DNA from: Treponemataceae bacterium
GTDB taxonomy: Bacteria > Spirochaetota > Spirochaetia > Treponematales > Rectinemataceae
Reading direction: 5' to 3'
Length of the DNA stretch: 64,000 nucleotides
Assembly: GCA_963667725.2 (NCBI GenBank)
Contig: CAXXHO010000003.1
Span: forward strand, 1,696,001-1,760,000
This document shows positions 9,345 through 19,278 of this stretch, one piece after another. How positions within the stretch are numbered: position 1 is the first letter of the stretch; each line of letters starts with the position of its first letter. Made by a program: the position numbers and the translations under genes. The notes under the pieces are model-generated. The model ran no database searches, was not told the DNA's origin, and was given only the letters and a program-made list of their open reading frames with translations.

Positions 9345-10388
9345 ATGAGAAGCAAGAAGGTTTTCGCAATGTTCTGCGCGATGTTCCTGCTCGTATCGGG
9401 CGTTTTCGCGCAAGACTATTTCCTCTCTGACTTCATGGGACTCAAAAGTGGTTCGTTCCTCGCAAGCGTTCCCCGCCCCACGAAGAAGTACAAGATCGCC
9501 AACATCACCCGCACCCTCATGAACGAGCACTGGGTGAAGAACAAGGAAGGTTTCGAAGCCGCGCTGAAGCATTACGGCCTGGCTGGCGACGTGTTCTCCG
9601 TCATGTCCGAGCAGGATGTCATGGCCCAGGCCAACCTTCTCGACACCGTCATCGCCAAGGGCTACAACGCCGTCGTCGTGTCCCCCATCAGCGAGAAGAA
9701 CCTTCTCCCCGGCCTCGCTCTCGCCGCCAAGAAGGGTATGAAGATCATCAACGTCGACACCGCCGAAATCCTGCCGGCCGACGCGACCGCCAATGGCATC
9801 ACCGTCTCGGCCTTCATCGGATCCGACAACTATTCGGCCGGAGTGCTCGCCCTTGACTACATCAAATCCAAGCTCGGCGAGAAGAAAGGCAAAGTGGCGG
9901 TCATCGAAGGACGCCCCGGCGACACCTGCGCCATCGACCGCACCGGCGGATTCGTCGATCAGGCCAAGAAATACTCGAACATCACCGTCGCCGCATCACA
10001 GTCCGGCCAGTGGGATCGCCTCAAGTCCATGGAAATCGTCACCAGCATCCTCCGCGCCACCCCCGACATCATGGGAATCTACTGCAACAACGACACCATG
10101 GTTCTCGGTGCCATGAGCGCCGCCGCCGACCTCGGCTACAGAATCCTGAACGCTTCCAACGTCGAAGCCGACGCCGGCAAGCCCAAGACTCTCATCCTCA
10201 TCGGAAACGATGGCGTACCCGAGGCTCTCGAAGCCGTACGCGATGGAACCCTCACCGGCACGATCGCCCAGAAACCCTTCCTCATGGGTTACGCCGCGGT
10301 AGAAGCCGCGATCCAGGCCCTGGAAGGCAAGCCTGTTCAGCCCAGGATCGCAACACCGATCAAGCTCCTCGTGAAGACTGATTTCTGA
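9345..10388 (+). CDS. Sugar ABC transporter substrate-binding protein (AlsB/RbsB-like)
   Basis: Signal peptide; TL.NEHW, SEQD..AQ, IGSDN, WDRLKS, YCNNDTM, GNDGVPEA. Confidence 0.93.
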   Translation: MRSKKVFAMFCAMFLLVSGVFAQDYFLSDFMGLKSGSFLASVPRPTKKYKIANITRTLMNEHWVKNKEGFEAALKHYGLAGDVFSVMSEQDVMAQANLLDTVIAKGYNAVVVSPISEKNLLPGLALAAKKGMKIINVDTAEILPADATANGITVSAFIGSDNYSAGVLALDYIKSKLGEKKGKVAVIEGRPGDTCAIDRTGGFVDQAKKYSNITVAASQSGQWDRLKSMEIVTSILRATPDIMGIYCNNDTMVLGAMSAAADLGYRILNASNVEADAGKPKTLILIGNDGVPEALEAVRDGTLTGTIAQKPFLMGYAAVEAAIQALEGKPVQPRIATPIKLLVKTDF

Positions 10389-10418
10389 GTTTATTTCCAT
10401 CGGCGCACGAAGAAGCCT

Positions 10419-10449
10419 AGGGCCGCTCCATATGGAACGGCCCTTTCTT
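10419..10449 (+). terminator. Intrinsic terminator hairpin between convergent genes
   Basis: AGGGCCGcTCCA-TA-TGGAaCGGCCCT followed by TTCTT. Confidence 0.65.
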
Positions 10450-10499
10450 ATGCGCAACGAGGCGAGTTGATCGGATGTCGTCGGACTGCCAAACGCTTT

Positions 10500-11270
10500 T
10501 CAGGTGAGATAGATTTTCTTTCCGAATTTGTTGACGAGATTCACGTATTTCGGGGGAACGTTCTCATCGGTGATAGTAATGTCGAAATCGCCGAGGTTGG
10601 CGAAAAAAGCCGGGCTCACCTGATCGAACTTGGACGAATCGACAAGGAGGACATTGGTAAGGCTCGAGGCGAGCGTGGCTCGCAGTATTTCTATGGTGTA
10701 GTGATTCATCGACGTCACGCCCATCCTGTCACTCACGCCGCTCGCGCTCGTGAAAAACATCGTGGCCCTGTTTTTTTTGATGAACTCAACGCTTTCCGGG
10801 CTCTCGAACATGAGTGTCTCTTCGTGAAAAAAGCCGCCCGGAAAGATGATGTTGCATTTTTGCTTTTTCCTGATCTCCATCAGGATATTCAAGGCGTTGG
10901 TGATCACGGTGAGGGGTAGGTCGTTGGGGATCGCCTTCGCGAAAATTTCCGTGGTCGATCCGTAGCTGATAAAGATCACATCGTTCGGCTTCAGAAGCGA
11001 CACCGCCTTCTTCGCGATCGACGACTTCAGGTCGATGTTGTGGTTGCAGGCGTCGAGAAGAAAGTACTTGCTCGCGAAAGAGTTGTTTCCTCTTTGATTG
11101 CTCAGTACGGCGCCATGGACGATCTTGACGAGTTCATCCTTGGCGAGAGCATCGACATCGCGGCGGATGGTCATGACCGATACATCCAGCTGTCCGGCTA
11201 GTTCACGGACCGTCGCCGACTGGTGTATATCGAGGTATTCGAGTATCATCTTGACTCTTTGATCTTTCAC
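10500..11270 (-). CDS. DeoR/GlpR family transcriptional regulator
   Basis: ELA.QLDVSVMTIRRD, HGA, K.SIAKKA, GSTT, ITNAL, DSSKF; GTG start at 11270 chosen. Confidence 0.93.
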   Translation of the reverse strand: MKDQRVKMILEYLDIHQSATVRELAGQLDVSVMTIRRDVDALAKDELVKIVHGAVLSNQRGNNSFASKYFLLDACNHNIDLKSSIAKKAVSLLKPNDVIFISYGSTTEIFAKAIPNDLPLTVITNALNILMEIRKKQKCNIIFPGGFFHEETLMFESPESVEFIKKNRATMFFTSASGVSDRMGVTSMNHYTIEILRATLASSLTNVLLVDSSKFDQVSPAFFANLGDFDITITDENVPPKYVNLVNKFGKKIYLT

Positions 11271-11396
11271 AAAACAAGCATAAATACCATTCGATACGAT
11301 TGTCAAGAACCAATTACCAAAGGAAACTAATGTTTTTATCATATATACTTAATTGCAGCATATTTTATTTTTTTATAAATATGATCAACTTTAATA

Positions 11397-11424
11397 TTGA
11401 CATATTTACCATATATGTTACTAT
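11397..11424 (+). promoter_or_regulatory. Sigma70 promoter for SDR-ribulokinase genes
   Basis: TTGACA-16bp-TACTAT with TGn extension in a very AT-rich intergenic region. Confidence 0.55.
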
Positions 11425-11499
11425 ATTACCTTGAAATCTTGATATTATTTATTATTTTATCTATTCTATGGTTTTTACATACCATTTGGAGGATTCAGG

Positions 11500-12255
11500 A
11501 TGATTGGACCCAGGTTTACGGGAAAAGTGGCGGTGATAACGGGAGCGGCGCAGGGCATCGGACGTCAAATCGCGAACGACATGGCCGATGAAGGCGCAAC
11601 GGTCATCATCAGCGACATCAACAAGGCCGACATCGATGCCACAGTCCAGGAGATCACGGCCAAGGGCGGAAAAGCTTTCCCCTACCTCTGCGATATTTCC
11701 GACAGAGAGCAGATCGACAAGCTCGTCGAAACCATTGTCGCGGCTCACGCCCGCCTCGACATTCTCGTGAACAACGCCGGCATTCTTGTTCCCGCCACCA
11801 TCGAGGAAACCACCGACCAGCTCATCGACAAGACCATCGACATCAACCTGAAAGGCGTGCTCTGGGCAATCCGCGCCGTGACGCCTTTCATGAAGAAGGC
11901 CGGATACGGCCGCATCGTCAACATCGCCTCGATAACGGGCAAGAACGGCGACAACTCATCGACCTTCGTCTATGGGGCAACGAAAGGCGCCGTGATGTCG
12001 CTCACCCGTTCGGTCGCTCGCCAGCTCGGCCCCTTTGGCGTAACATGCAACGCTGTCGCCCCTCACGCCATAATGACGAACATGATGCAGTATTGGGACG
12101 ACGCGAAGAAGAAGAGCATTTCCGACAAGATACCGGTGCGCCGCCTGGGTACGCCCCTCGACGTTTCCCGCGCCGTGCTCTACCTCGCGGCAGACGAAGC
12201 TTCCTTCGTCAACGGCGAAGTGCTCAACATCAACGGCGGCTACTACATGGACTAA
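11500..12255 (+). CDS. Short-chain dehydrogenase/reductase (probably polyol/ketose)
   Basis: TGAAQGIG, NNAG, YGATK. Confidence 0.93.
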   Translation: MIGPRFTGKVAVITGAAQGIGRQIANDMADEGATVIISDINKADIDATVQEITAKGGKAFPYLCDISDREQIDKLVETIVAAHARLDILVNNAGILVPATIEETTDQLIDKTIDINLKGVLWAIRAVTPFMKKAGYGRIVNIASITGKNGDNSSTFVYGATKGAVMSLTRSVARQLGPFGVTCNAVAPHAIMTNMMQYWDDAKKKSISDKIPVRRLGTPLDVSRAVLYLAADEASFVNGEVLNINGGYYMD

Positions 12256-12319
12256 AGTATCGCGAGTGAGCCCCAGAGTCGCTCGCGTCCGATAGCGAAT
12301 ATCAAAAGAGAGCGAATGT

Positions 12320-14005
12320 ATGGCAGGAAAGTGCGCGATAGGCCTGGACTATGGAACGAACTCCGTCCGGGCCTTGCTTGTGGAAGTCGAGACAGGCAGG
12401 GAAATCTCAGGCAGCGTTCACGGATATGAATCCGGCGAGAAAGGAATAATCCTCGATCCGGCTCACCCCCTCCTCGCCCGCCACAATCCCAGGGATTATC
12501 TCGTCGGCCTTGTGTCTGTCGTGCGAAGCGTCCTGGACCAAGCGCGGCTTAGTGAGAACGTCCAGCCAGCAGACGTGATCGGCCTGGGTGTCGACACGAC
12601 GGGGAGCACGCCCATCCCCGTCGACAGGGATGGCGTGCCCCTCTCCTTCTTTGAAAAGTTCGCCGGCAATCCCAACGCCTTCGCGTGGCTGTGGAAAGAC
12701 CACACATCAACGGCCGAAGCCGAGGAGATCACGAGGTTAGCGAAAAAGCTGCGCCCGGCATATCTGGGAAAGGTCGGCGGCGCCTACTCAAGCGAATGGC
12801 TCTGGTCGAAGCTCCTTCGTTGCAGGCGCTGCGCTCCCGATGTGTTCTCCGCCGCCTGGTCCTGGGTGGAGATGTGCGACTGGATTCCCGCCATCCTCTC
12901 GGGCGATACGCGCCCCGAGAAGATCCGGAGGGGAATCTGCGCGGCGGGGCATAAAGCCTTCTATCACCCCCAGTGGGGCGGTTGGCCAGACGCCGCATTT
13001 CTGGAAGCCCTCGACCCGGAACTTGCGCGGATCGCTTCGACCTTCGCGCCTCTGGCCTTCTCCATCGGAGAAGCCGCCGGTTTCCTCTGCGGGGAATGGG
13101 CGAAAAGGCTAGGCCTTCCAGCAGGAATACCTATAGCCGTAGGCGCTTTTGACGCGCATATAGGTGGCGTCGGCGCCGGGATAGCGGCGAACATACTCGT
13201 CAAGAATATCGGGACCTCCACCTGCGATATGATGGTCTCCGATCTGTCAGATCCTTTACCTGACATTCCCGGCCTTGCGGGAGTCGTCCCCGACTCCATA
13301 CTTCCCGGATATTACGGCCTTGAGGCCGGTCAGTCGGCCGTTGGCGACATATTCAATTGGCTCGCGAACCTCGTCGCCCCTGGCGAGAGCGACAGTCATC
13401 TTGTCCTGCAGGAAGAAGCCTCAAGGATCGCCCCTGGCGAATCGGGCCTCCTCGCCCTCGACTGGCAGAATGGAAATCGCACCATTCTCATGGACCAACG
13501 CCTGACAGGCACGATCATCGGCCTCACCCTCCAGTCCACGCCCGCGGAGATATACCGCGCGCTGGTCGAGGCGACGGCCTTCGGCGCCCGCGTCATCATC
13601 GAACGCTTTGAGGAATATGGCTGCCGCATCGACAAGGTGATCAACTGCGGCGGTATCGCCCAGAAGAGCCCGATGACGATGCAGATCTACGCCGATGTCT
13701 GCGGAAAGACGATGGAGATTTCGCGCTCGAGCCAGACAGGGGCTCTCGGCGGCGCCGTGGCCGCGGCTGTCGTGGCCGGGCCCGGGCGCGGAGGATATAC
13801 CGATTTCCTTGAAGCAGCGAAAAGGATGACGGGGGTGAGCGATGTCAGGTACATCCCCGACCCCGAGCGTTCGGCGACCTACGACAGGCTCTACGCGCTT
13901 TACCGCGACCTTCACGACTCATTCGGGATAGAAGGCGCCGCAACGGACCTCTACGCCTGCATGAAGACACTGATCGAAATACGGGACAGGGCTAGGAAGA
14001 TTTAG
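12320..14005 (+). CDS. araB: Ribulokinase (AraB-type FGGY kinase)
   Basis: GLDYGTNSVRA, GVDTTGST, LWKDHT, YSSEW, EAGQSAVGDIF, LDWQNGNR. Confidence 0.88.
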   Translation: MAGKCAIGLDYGTNSVRALLVEVETGREISGSVHGYESGEKGIILDPAHPLLARHNPRDYLVGLVSVVRSVLDQARLSENVQPADVIGLGVDTTGSTPIPVDRDGVPLSFFEKFAGNPNAFAWLWKDHTSTAEAEEITRLAKKLRPAYLGKVGGAYSSEWLWSKLLRCRRCAPDVFSAAWSWVEMCDWIPAILSGDTRPEKIRRGICAAGHKAFYHPQWGGWPDAAFLEALDPELARIASTFAPLAFSIGEAAGFLCGEWAKRLGLPAGIPIAVGAFDAHIGGVGAGIAANILVKNIGTSTCDMMVSDLSDPLPDIPGLAGVVPDSILPGYYGLEAGQSAVGDIFNWLANLVAPGESDSHLVLQEEASRIAPGESGLLALDWQNGNRTILMDQRLTGTIIGLTLQSTPAEIYRALVEATAFGARVIIERFEEYGCRIDKVINCGGIAQKSPMTMQIYADVCGKTMEISRSSQTGALGGAVAAAVVAGPGRGGYTDFLEAAKRMTGVSDVRYIPDPERSATYDRLYALYRDLHDSFGIEGAATDLYACMKTLIEIRDRARKI

Positions 14006-14058
14006 CCGCCCCTCAAGAAGCCTTTCGCGGGTAGCCGACGCATTGGCGCGGTGCCAGT

Positions 14059-15318
14059 TTAATCCTTCCTGAGCACCGTGACGCAGTTGGTCGCGGCGCT
14101 TCCCCCCACGTTGAACGCCACCGCTATTTCCGGCTGGCCTTTCGTCGGCGCGGCGCCTATGGGTTCGCCCACGAGCTGTTTGTACAGCAGCACGTGCATG
14201 GAAACCCCCGTGGCCCCCACGGGATGCCCTTTGGCCTTGAGCCCGCCCGAAAGGTTGACGCAGCACTTCTGATCTTCCCGGCCGAAGCGGCCGTCCATAT
14301 AGTCGAAGCCGGCGCGTCCGTCAGCGGAAAGTCCCAAAGCTTCGGTGCTGAGCAGCTGGTTGATCGTGAAGCAGTCGTGGACCTCGGCGATGTCCACGTC
14401 AGCGCTTCGGATGCCCGCTTCGGCGTAAGCCCTGCGAGCCGCTTCCTTGCCCGCGACCAGTTCGCGCATATTACCGCGCATGGATATGGGCATGTATTCG
14501 TTGGTGTGGCCGATCCCGGCGATTTTCACCCGTTTTCCGCCTCTCGCAGCGGCGTCTTCCGATCTCATGATCACGAGGGCCGCAGCCCCGTCGGTGACGA
14601 GCGAACAGTCATGGAGGCGCAGAGGTTCAGCGATGACGGGATTCTTCTCCGGAGGAAGGTTCAGGATGGCTTCGGCCGTCGTCAGCCCAAGACGATCGGA
14701 GGGGCCGCCCTTGCCGAAGTGCGCGAGCGGATTGTCGAGGCCGTTCCGGTAACAGAGCGCCGAAACGGAAGCGAGCATCTTCGCCAGCGTCTGGGAGGAA
14801 AAACCGTAATGAGCCATGTAGCCCTTGGCGTATTCGGCGAAGAGGCCGGGAAAAGTCATCCCCCCGGCTCCTTCCTCCGGCCAGTAGGAACAGGTCGCCA
14901 GGGCGTGGGTGACGTCCTTCGTGCCCAGGAGATTCATCTTCTCGACGCCAAGGACAAGGGCGATTCGCGCCCTTCCCGCTTCCACGGCGTATATCGCGTC
15001 ATAGAGAGCCACCGAGCCCGAGGCGCAAGCGTCCTCGCAGCGCGTCATGGACTTGAAGCGCAGGCCCTCCGGGTCTATCGCGAGAGCCGCGGCGGCCAGG
15101 TGTTCCTGGTTCGCGAAGAGCCCGGGCGCGCAGCTGCCTACCCAGACCGCGTCCACATCGGCGGCGCTTATGCCGGCGTCGGCCAACGCTCCCCTGCCGG
15201 CTTCAGTCATCAATTCGTAGATGCTCTTGAGGTCGGTGACGACGCCCGTTTCCTTGTCTTTCCTCACCAGATTGCCGAACGCCGTATTATAAGCCCCGAT
15301 GATACTTACTTTTGACAT
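14059..15318 (-). CDS. SCP2-type thiolase (acetyl-CoA acetyltransferase)
   Basis: EDACASG, GVEKM, EVHDCF, GGLKAKGHPVGATG. Confidence 0.9.
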   Translation of the reverse strand: MSKVSIIGAYNTAFGNLVRKDKETGVVTDLKSIYELMTEAGRGALADAGISAADVDAVWVGSCAPGLFANQEHLAAAALAIDPEGLRFKSMTRCEDACASGSVALYDAIYAVEAGRARIALVLGVEKMNLLGTKDVTHALATCSYWPEEGAGGMTFPGLFAEYAKGYMAHYGFSSQTLAKMLASVSALCYRNGLDNPLAHFGKGGPSDRLGLTTAEAILNLPPEKNPVIAEPLRLHDCSLVTDGAAALVIMRSEDAAARGGKRVKIAGIGHTNEYMPISMRGNMRELVAGKEAARRAYAEAGIRSADVDIAEVHDCFTINQLLSTEALGLSADGRAGFDYMDGRFGREDQKCCVNLSGGLKAKGHPVGATGVSMHVLLYKQLVGEPIGAAPTKGQPEIAVAFNVGGSAATNCVTVLRKD

Positions 15319-15335
15319 TGTCCCTTCCTCCTTAT

Positions 15336-16115
15336 CTATCGCTTCCCGACTCTTTCCGTGAATGAAGCCAGAATTTCAAGGAACTTCCCCGGATTTTCCG
15401 CGATGACGGAATGTCCGACATCCTCGACAATAACGAGCTCTGCGTCGGGATAGGCCTGGGCCGTATCCTTAGCCATCGTTTCCGATATTATGAAATCCTC
15501 CCTTCCCCATATAACGAGGACTGGTTCCCTGAAACCGGAAGTCTCGGCCGATACGTCGAAACGCGATAAGGCTTCCGCGTTCCCTATCCAGGCTTTTTCC
15601 GCCATGCGCGCCGCGTCATCGACAAGGGCATCGAAAAAAAGCGGATCCCGCAGCGTCGGCACGGTGGCCGCGAGCGCTTTGGAGAGGATGTTTTTGTCCT
15701 TTCGCATCATTTCGACGAAGGGATAGCGATCCCGAGGCGTCAGGAGGCCTTGGGGCGAGGAGGAATCCACGAGGACGAGAGCTTTGACGGTCCCGGGATG
15801 CCGCAGGGCAAGGGATTGCGCCACGGCGCCGCCGAGCGAGTGACCGACTACGATGGGCGATTTCAAACCAAGCGCTTCGATAAATTCCTGTACGCAGTCG
15901 GCGTAGGCATGGAGATCGACATCGCCGGATAGCTCAGATGAGCGGCCGAAATTCGGCAGGTCCAGCGCGAAGGTCTGGAAACCGGGGATCTCCATGACTT
16001 TCGAATACCAGAGGCTGGAGCCTGTATTGCCATGGATATACACGAGAGGTTGACCGCTGCCGGTCGTGGCGTAGTAGAGATGCATGCCGCCGATAAGCAA
16101 CAATGCGCTCGTCAT
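15336..16115 (-). CDS. Alpha/beta hydrolase (esterase/lactonase/PhaZ-like)
   Basis: HGN oxyanion motif, GHSLG nucleophile, GRED, GH. Confidence 0.9.
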   Translation of the reverse strand: MTSALLLIGGMHLYYATTGSGQPLVYIHGNTGSSLWYSKVMEIPGFQTFALDLPNFGRSSELSGDVDLHAYADCVQEFIEALGLKSPIVVGHSLGGAVAQSLALRHPGTVKALVLVDSSSPQGLLTPRDRYPFVEMMRKDKNILSKALAATVPTLRDPLFFDALVDDAARMAEKAWIGNAEALSRFDVSAETSGFREPVLVIWGREDFIISETMAKDTAQAYPDAELVIVEDVGHSVIAENPGKFLEILASFTERVGKR

Positions 16116-16912
16116 GATTTTTCCCCCATAGTGAAAGCGGCGATCTCGGCCGCTATCAGAACCGGCCGCTCGATGACGACCGCGTGGCCCGCCCCCGGCA
16201 GTACCTTGAGAAGGGAACCAGCGATATTGGCCGCTATGATGGAAGCGAATCCTCTATGTTTCAGTATATCCCGTTCACCGACGAGCACAAGGGTTCTACA
16301 GGTTATGCGATTTAGTTTTGGCGTCAAGTCTATGGAGAGGAAGGCGCGGCAGAGCCCCGAGAAAGCGTCGAACCATTCTCTCGGCAGCGATGCCACCGAG
16401 TCTTCCCTGGTTTTGAGGATGCCGGAATTAGCCGCTATATAGTCCGAAGAGTAATTCCAGGGCAGGATCGTCCTGTAAAAAACCCTGGCGTCGCAGAGCG
16501 CCGCGGCCATCCAGGATTCGACCGTCGCCCTGAGATGAGCATCCAGCTCGCTCACTCCGTCGATGATCGTCAGCGAAAGACATTTTTCCGGATGGGCGAT
16601 GGCGAAAGCCAGTGCCACCTCGGCGCCGTAGGAGGTGCCGACGATATGCGCTTCATGAATGGACAGCCCCTCCATGAGCGCCGCCAGGTCTTCGGCATGG
16701 CCTTCGAGGCTGTAGGGAGAAGCCGGCTTTTCGCTCAACGTCTGGCCGCGCATATCGTGGCAAAGCGCGCGGCATTTACCGCCGAGAGCTTCCAGGACGG
16801 GTTTCCAGTGCCCGATCGACATCGCGATGCCGTTGAGAAAAACAAGGGCTGGTCCCTCGGTCCCGAACAGTTCATAGCGGAGTCTCGCGCCGTTGGCGAT
16901 GAAATCCGGCAT
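16112..16912 (-). CDS. Alpha/beta hydrolase (PcaD-like)
   Basis: DMRGQ, GTSYG, GERD, GAGH; start MPDFIAN. Confidence 0.9.
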   Translation of the reverse strand: MPDFIANGARLRYELFGTEGPALVFLNGIAMSIGHWKPVLEALGGKCRALCHDMRGQTLSEKPASPYSLEGHAEDLAALMEGLSIHEAHIVGTSYGAEVALAFAIAHPEKCLSLTIIDGVSELDAHLRATVESWMAAALCDARVFYRTILPWNYSSDYIAANSGILKTREDSVASLPREWFDAFSGLCRAFLSIDLTPKLNRITCRTLVLVGERDILKHRGFASIIAANIAGSLLKVLPGAGHAVVIERPVLIAAEIAAFTMGEKS

Positions 16913-16922
16913 ACGGTATCTC

Positions 16923-17624
16923 CTAAAGCCCCAGATAGGACTTGAGCACGTATGGATTCGTGCGCAGGCCCTCGGCGCTGTCCTCGATGACGATTTTCCC
17001 GTTCTCCAGCACATAGCCGCGGTCTATGGACCTTAGGCTCTCGCGGACGTTCTGTTCGGTCACGAGAATTGAGACCGATTTCTTCAGCGTCTTGAGCACC
17101 TCAAAAACCTCGGCGACGATGGAAGGCTGAAGGCCGAGCGAGGGCTCGTCGAGTATGAGAAGTTTGGGATCGGACATGAGGGCTCTCGCGATGGCGACCA
17201 TGCGCTGCTGCCCGCCCGACATCGTCCCCGCGAGCTGCTTTCGCCTCTCCTTGAGAATCGGGAACATCGCGAACACCTTATCGAGATGATCCTTAGTCTT
17301 GGCCTTGGCGTGGGGAATATAGGCGGCTCCCAGGAGGAGATTGTCCTCCACCGACATGCCGGGGAATAGCTCCCTTTCCTGAGGAACGAGGGCTACGCCC
17401 ATCCTGGCCATGATATGCGTCTCCGTACCCTCGACGCGTTTGCCTTCCAGTTCGATGCCGCCCGCCCAGACCCTGTTCATGCCCATGACCGCGTTTATGA
17501 GGGTGGTCTTGCCGGCCCCGTTCGGACCGAAGAGACCCACGGATTCGGCTCCCACTTCCAGGTTCACGCCCTGGATCACCTTCATTCGGCCGTAGCCGCA
17601 TTCGAGACCTTGAATTTTAAGCAT
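16923..17624 (-). CDS. Liv-type ABC transporter ATP-binding protein (LivF-like)
   Basis: GPNGAGKTT, AGTMSGGQQRM, LDEPSLGL. Confidence 0.95.
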   Translation of the reverse strand: MLKIQGLECGYGRMKVIQGVNLEVGAESVGLFGPNGAGKTTLINAVMGMNRVWAGGIELEGKRVEGTETHIMARMGVALVPQERELFPGMSVEDNLLLGAAYIPHAKAKTKDHLDKVFAMFPILKERRKQLAGTMSGGQQRMVAIARALMSDPKLLILDEPSLGLQPSIVAEVFEVLKTLKKSVSILVTEQNVRESLRSIDRGYVLENGKIVIEDSAEGLRTNPYVLKSYLGL

Positions 17625-18343
17625 CAGGCGGCTCCTCCGAGGTAGGCTTCGATGACGCGGGGATTCTGGGACACTTCCTCGTAAGGGCCTTGGGCGATTA
17701 GCTCCCCCGCTTCCAGGACGATGACGCGGTGCGTCAGCTCTCGGATGACGCCCATGACGTGCTCCACCACGCCCACCGCCAACCCGCGCTCCTTGGCGAC
17801 TTTCTGTACCGTGGCGATCAGGTCCTTCGTTTCGTCGGAGTTGAGTCCGGCCATCACCTCGTCGAGGAAAAGTACCTCCGGTTCGTTGGCCAGGGCCCTG
17901 GCGATCTCCATCTTCTTCACTTCGAGAATCGTGAGTCGGCTGGTGTCCCTTTCTATATCCCTGAGGCCGAGTTCTGCGCAGAGGGCTTCGGCCTTGCGTC
18001 TGGCCGCCTTGAGCCCGTTTCCGCGGGCGAAGATCGAACCCACCATGATGTTCTCCACGAGGCTCAAGTTTTCGAGGGGGTGGATGAGCTGGTAGGTTCT
18101 CGCTATGCCCATGCGCGCCCTCTCGTGGGCGGGCGCGTAGGTGATGTCCTGCCCTTTGTATTCGATTTTTCCCTCGCTCGGCATGATGATGCCCGAAACA
18201 AGGTTGATGAAGGTCGTCTTTCCGGCGCCATTCGGCCCGATGATGCCGAGGATTTCGCCCGAGTCCATGGAGAAGGATACCTTGTTCACGGCCACGAGAC
18301 CCAGGAAACGTCTCGTGAGGTCGGTAGTCTTGAGCTTGGTCAT
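17624..18343 (-). CDS. Liv-type ABC transporter ATP-binding protein (LivG-like)
   Basis: GPNGAGKTT, GIARTYQ, LDEVMAGL, VIEAYLG. Confidence 0.95.
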   Translation of the reverse strand: MTKLKTTDLTRRFLGLVAVNKVSFSMDSGEILGIIGPNGAGKTTFINLVSGIIMPSEGKIEYKGQDITYAPAHERARMGIARTYQLIHPLENLSLVENIMVGSIFARGNGLKAARRKAEALCAELGLRDIERDTSRLTILEVKKMEIARALANEPEVLFLDEVMAGLNSDETKDLIATVQKVAKERGLAVGVVEHVMGVIRELTHRVIVLEAGELIAQGPYEEVSQNPRVIEAYLGGAA

Positions 18344-19278
18344 TTTGTCTTCCTCCCGGTTTTGCCCATCGCTTTCCGAGCGACCCCGAGCAGGCCCTGA
18401 GGCATGAACAGGATTACGAAGATGATCATGATTCCGTACACGACGAGATGGCCGTAGGGAATCTTCAGCTTGAGCCACTCAGCGACCAGGCCGAGGAGAA
18501 GGCCTCCGAGGATCGGGCCCACCGTGCTGTGGATGCCTCCGAGCAGCGCCATCGCGAGGGGAAGGAGGGTAAAGTCGGCGCTGAACACGGTGTCGGGCGA
18601 GGCGAAGCCGTAGGACATCGCGAAGATGCCGCCGATCATGCCCTGGATGGCCGATGTCACCACGAAGGTGACGAGGAGCCAGCGGAAAATGTCGACGCCG
18701 GAAGACCTGGCCGAAATCTCGTTGTTCCTGATAGCGGTGAGCGCGAATCGGACGCGGCTTTTCTCGAACCAGTAGGAAGCGCCCAACGCCACGGCGAGGC
18801 CGGCGAGGGTGAGAAAATAAAGGCTGCCGGATTTGCCGCCGAAGATGATGCCCTCCTGGACGACGATGCCCTCGGGGCCGCCCGAGAATTCCTTCATGTT
18901 CTGTATGATGATGCGGAATATCTCGCCCAGGGCGAGGGTGACGATCGAGAAGTAGGTATGCCTCAGCCTGAGGATGAGGAAGCCGATGAGGAAGGCCACG
19001 ATGCCGGAGAAGAGACCGGCGAAGGGAATCGAAAGCCAACCGGGCATCCCGCCCCTCACGACGCCGAGAATCGACGCGTAGGCTCCCAGGCCCACGAGTC
19101 CGGCTATGCCGAAGGATATCTGCCCCGAGCGCAGGAGCATGTCCCAGGTGATGGCAAGGGCCATATACATCATGACGTTGCGCGCTACCTGAAGCGGGTA
19201 GTCTCCCGCGAAGGCGGGCAATGTCAGCGCGAGCACTGCGGCGATCGCGGCGAAAGTCCGGGCTACGTTGCGGTTCAC
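18340..19278 (-). CDS. Liv-type ABC transporter permease (LivM-like)
   Basis: GQISFG, YFSIVTLA, GGPEG, AIRNNE..ARSSG; GTG start. Confidence 0.93.
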   Translation of the reverse strand: MNRNVARTFAAIAAVLALTLPAFAGDYPLQVARNVMMYMALAITWDMLLRSGQISFGIAGLVGLGAYASILGVVRGGMPGWLSIPFAGLFSGIVAFLIGFLILRLRHTYFSIVTLALGEIFRIIIQNMKEFSGGPEGIVVQEGIIFGGKSGSLYFLTLAGLAVALGASYWFEKSRVRFALTAIRNNEISARSSGVDIFRWLLVTFVVTSAIQGMIGGIFAMSYGFASPDTVFSADFTLLPLAMALLGGIHSTVGPILGGLLLGLVAEWLKLKIPYGHLVVYGIMIIFVILFMPQGLLGVARKAMGKTGRKTK

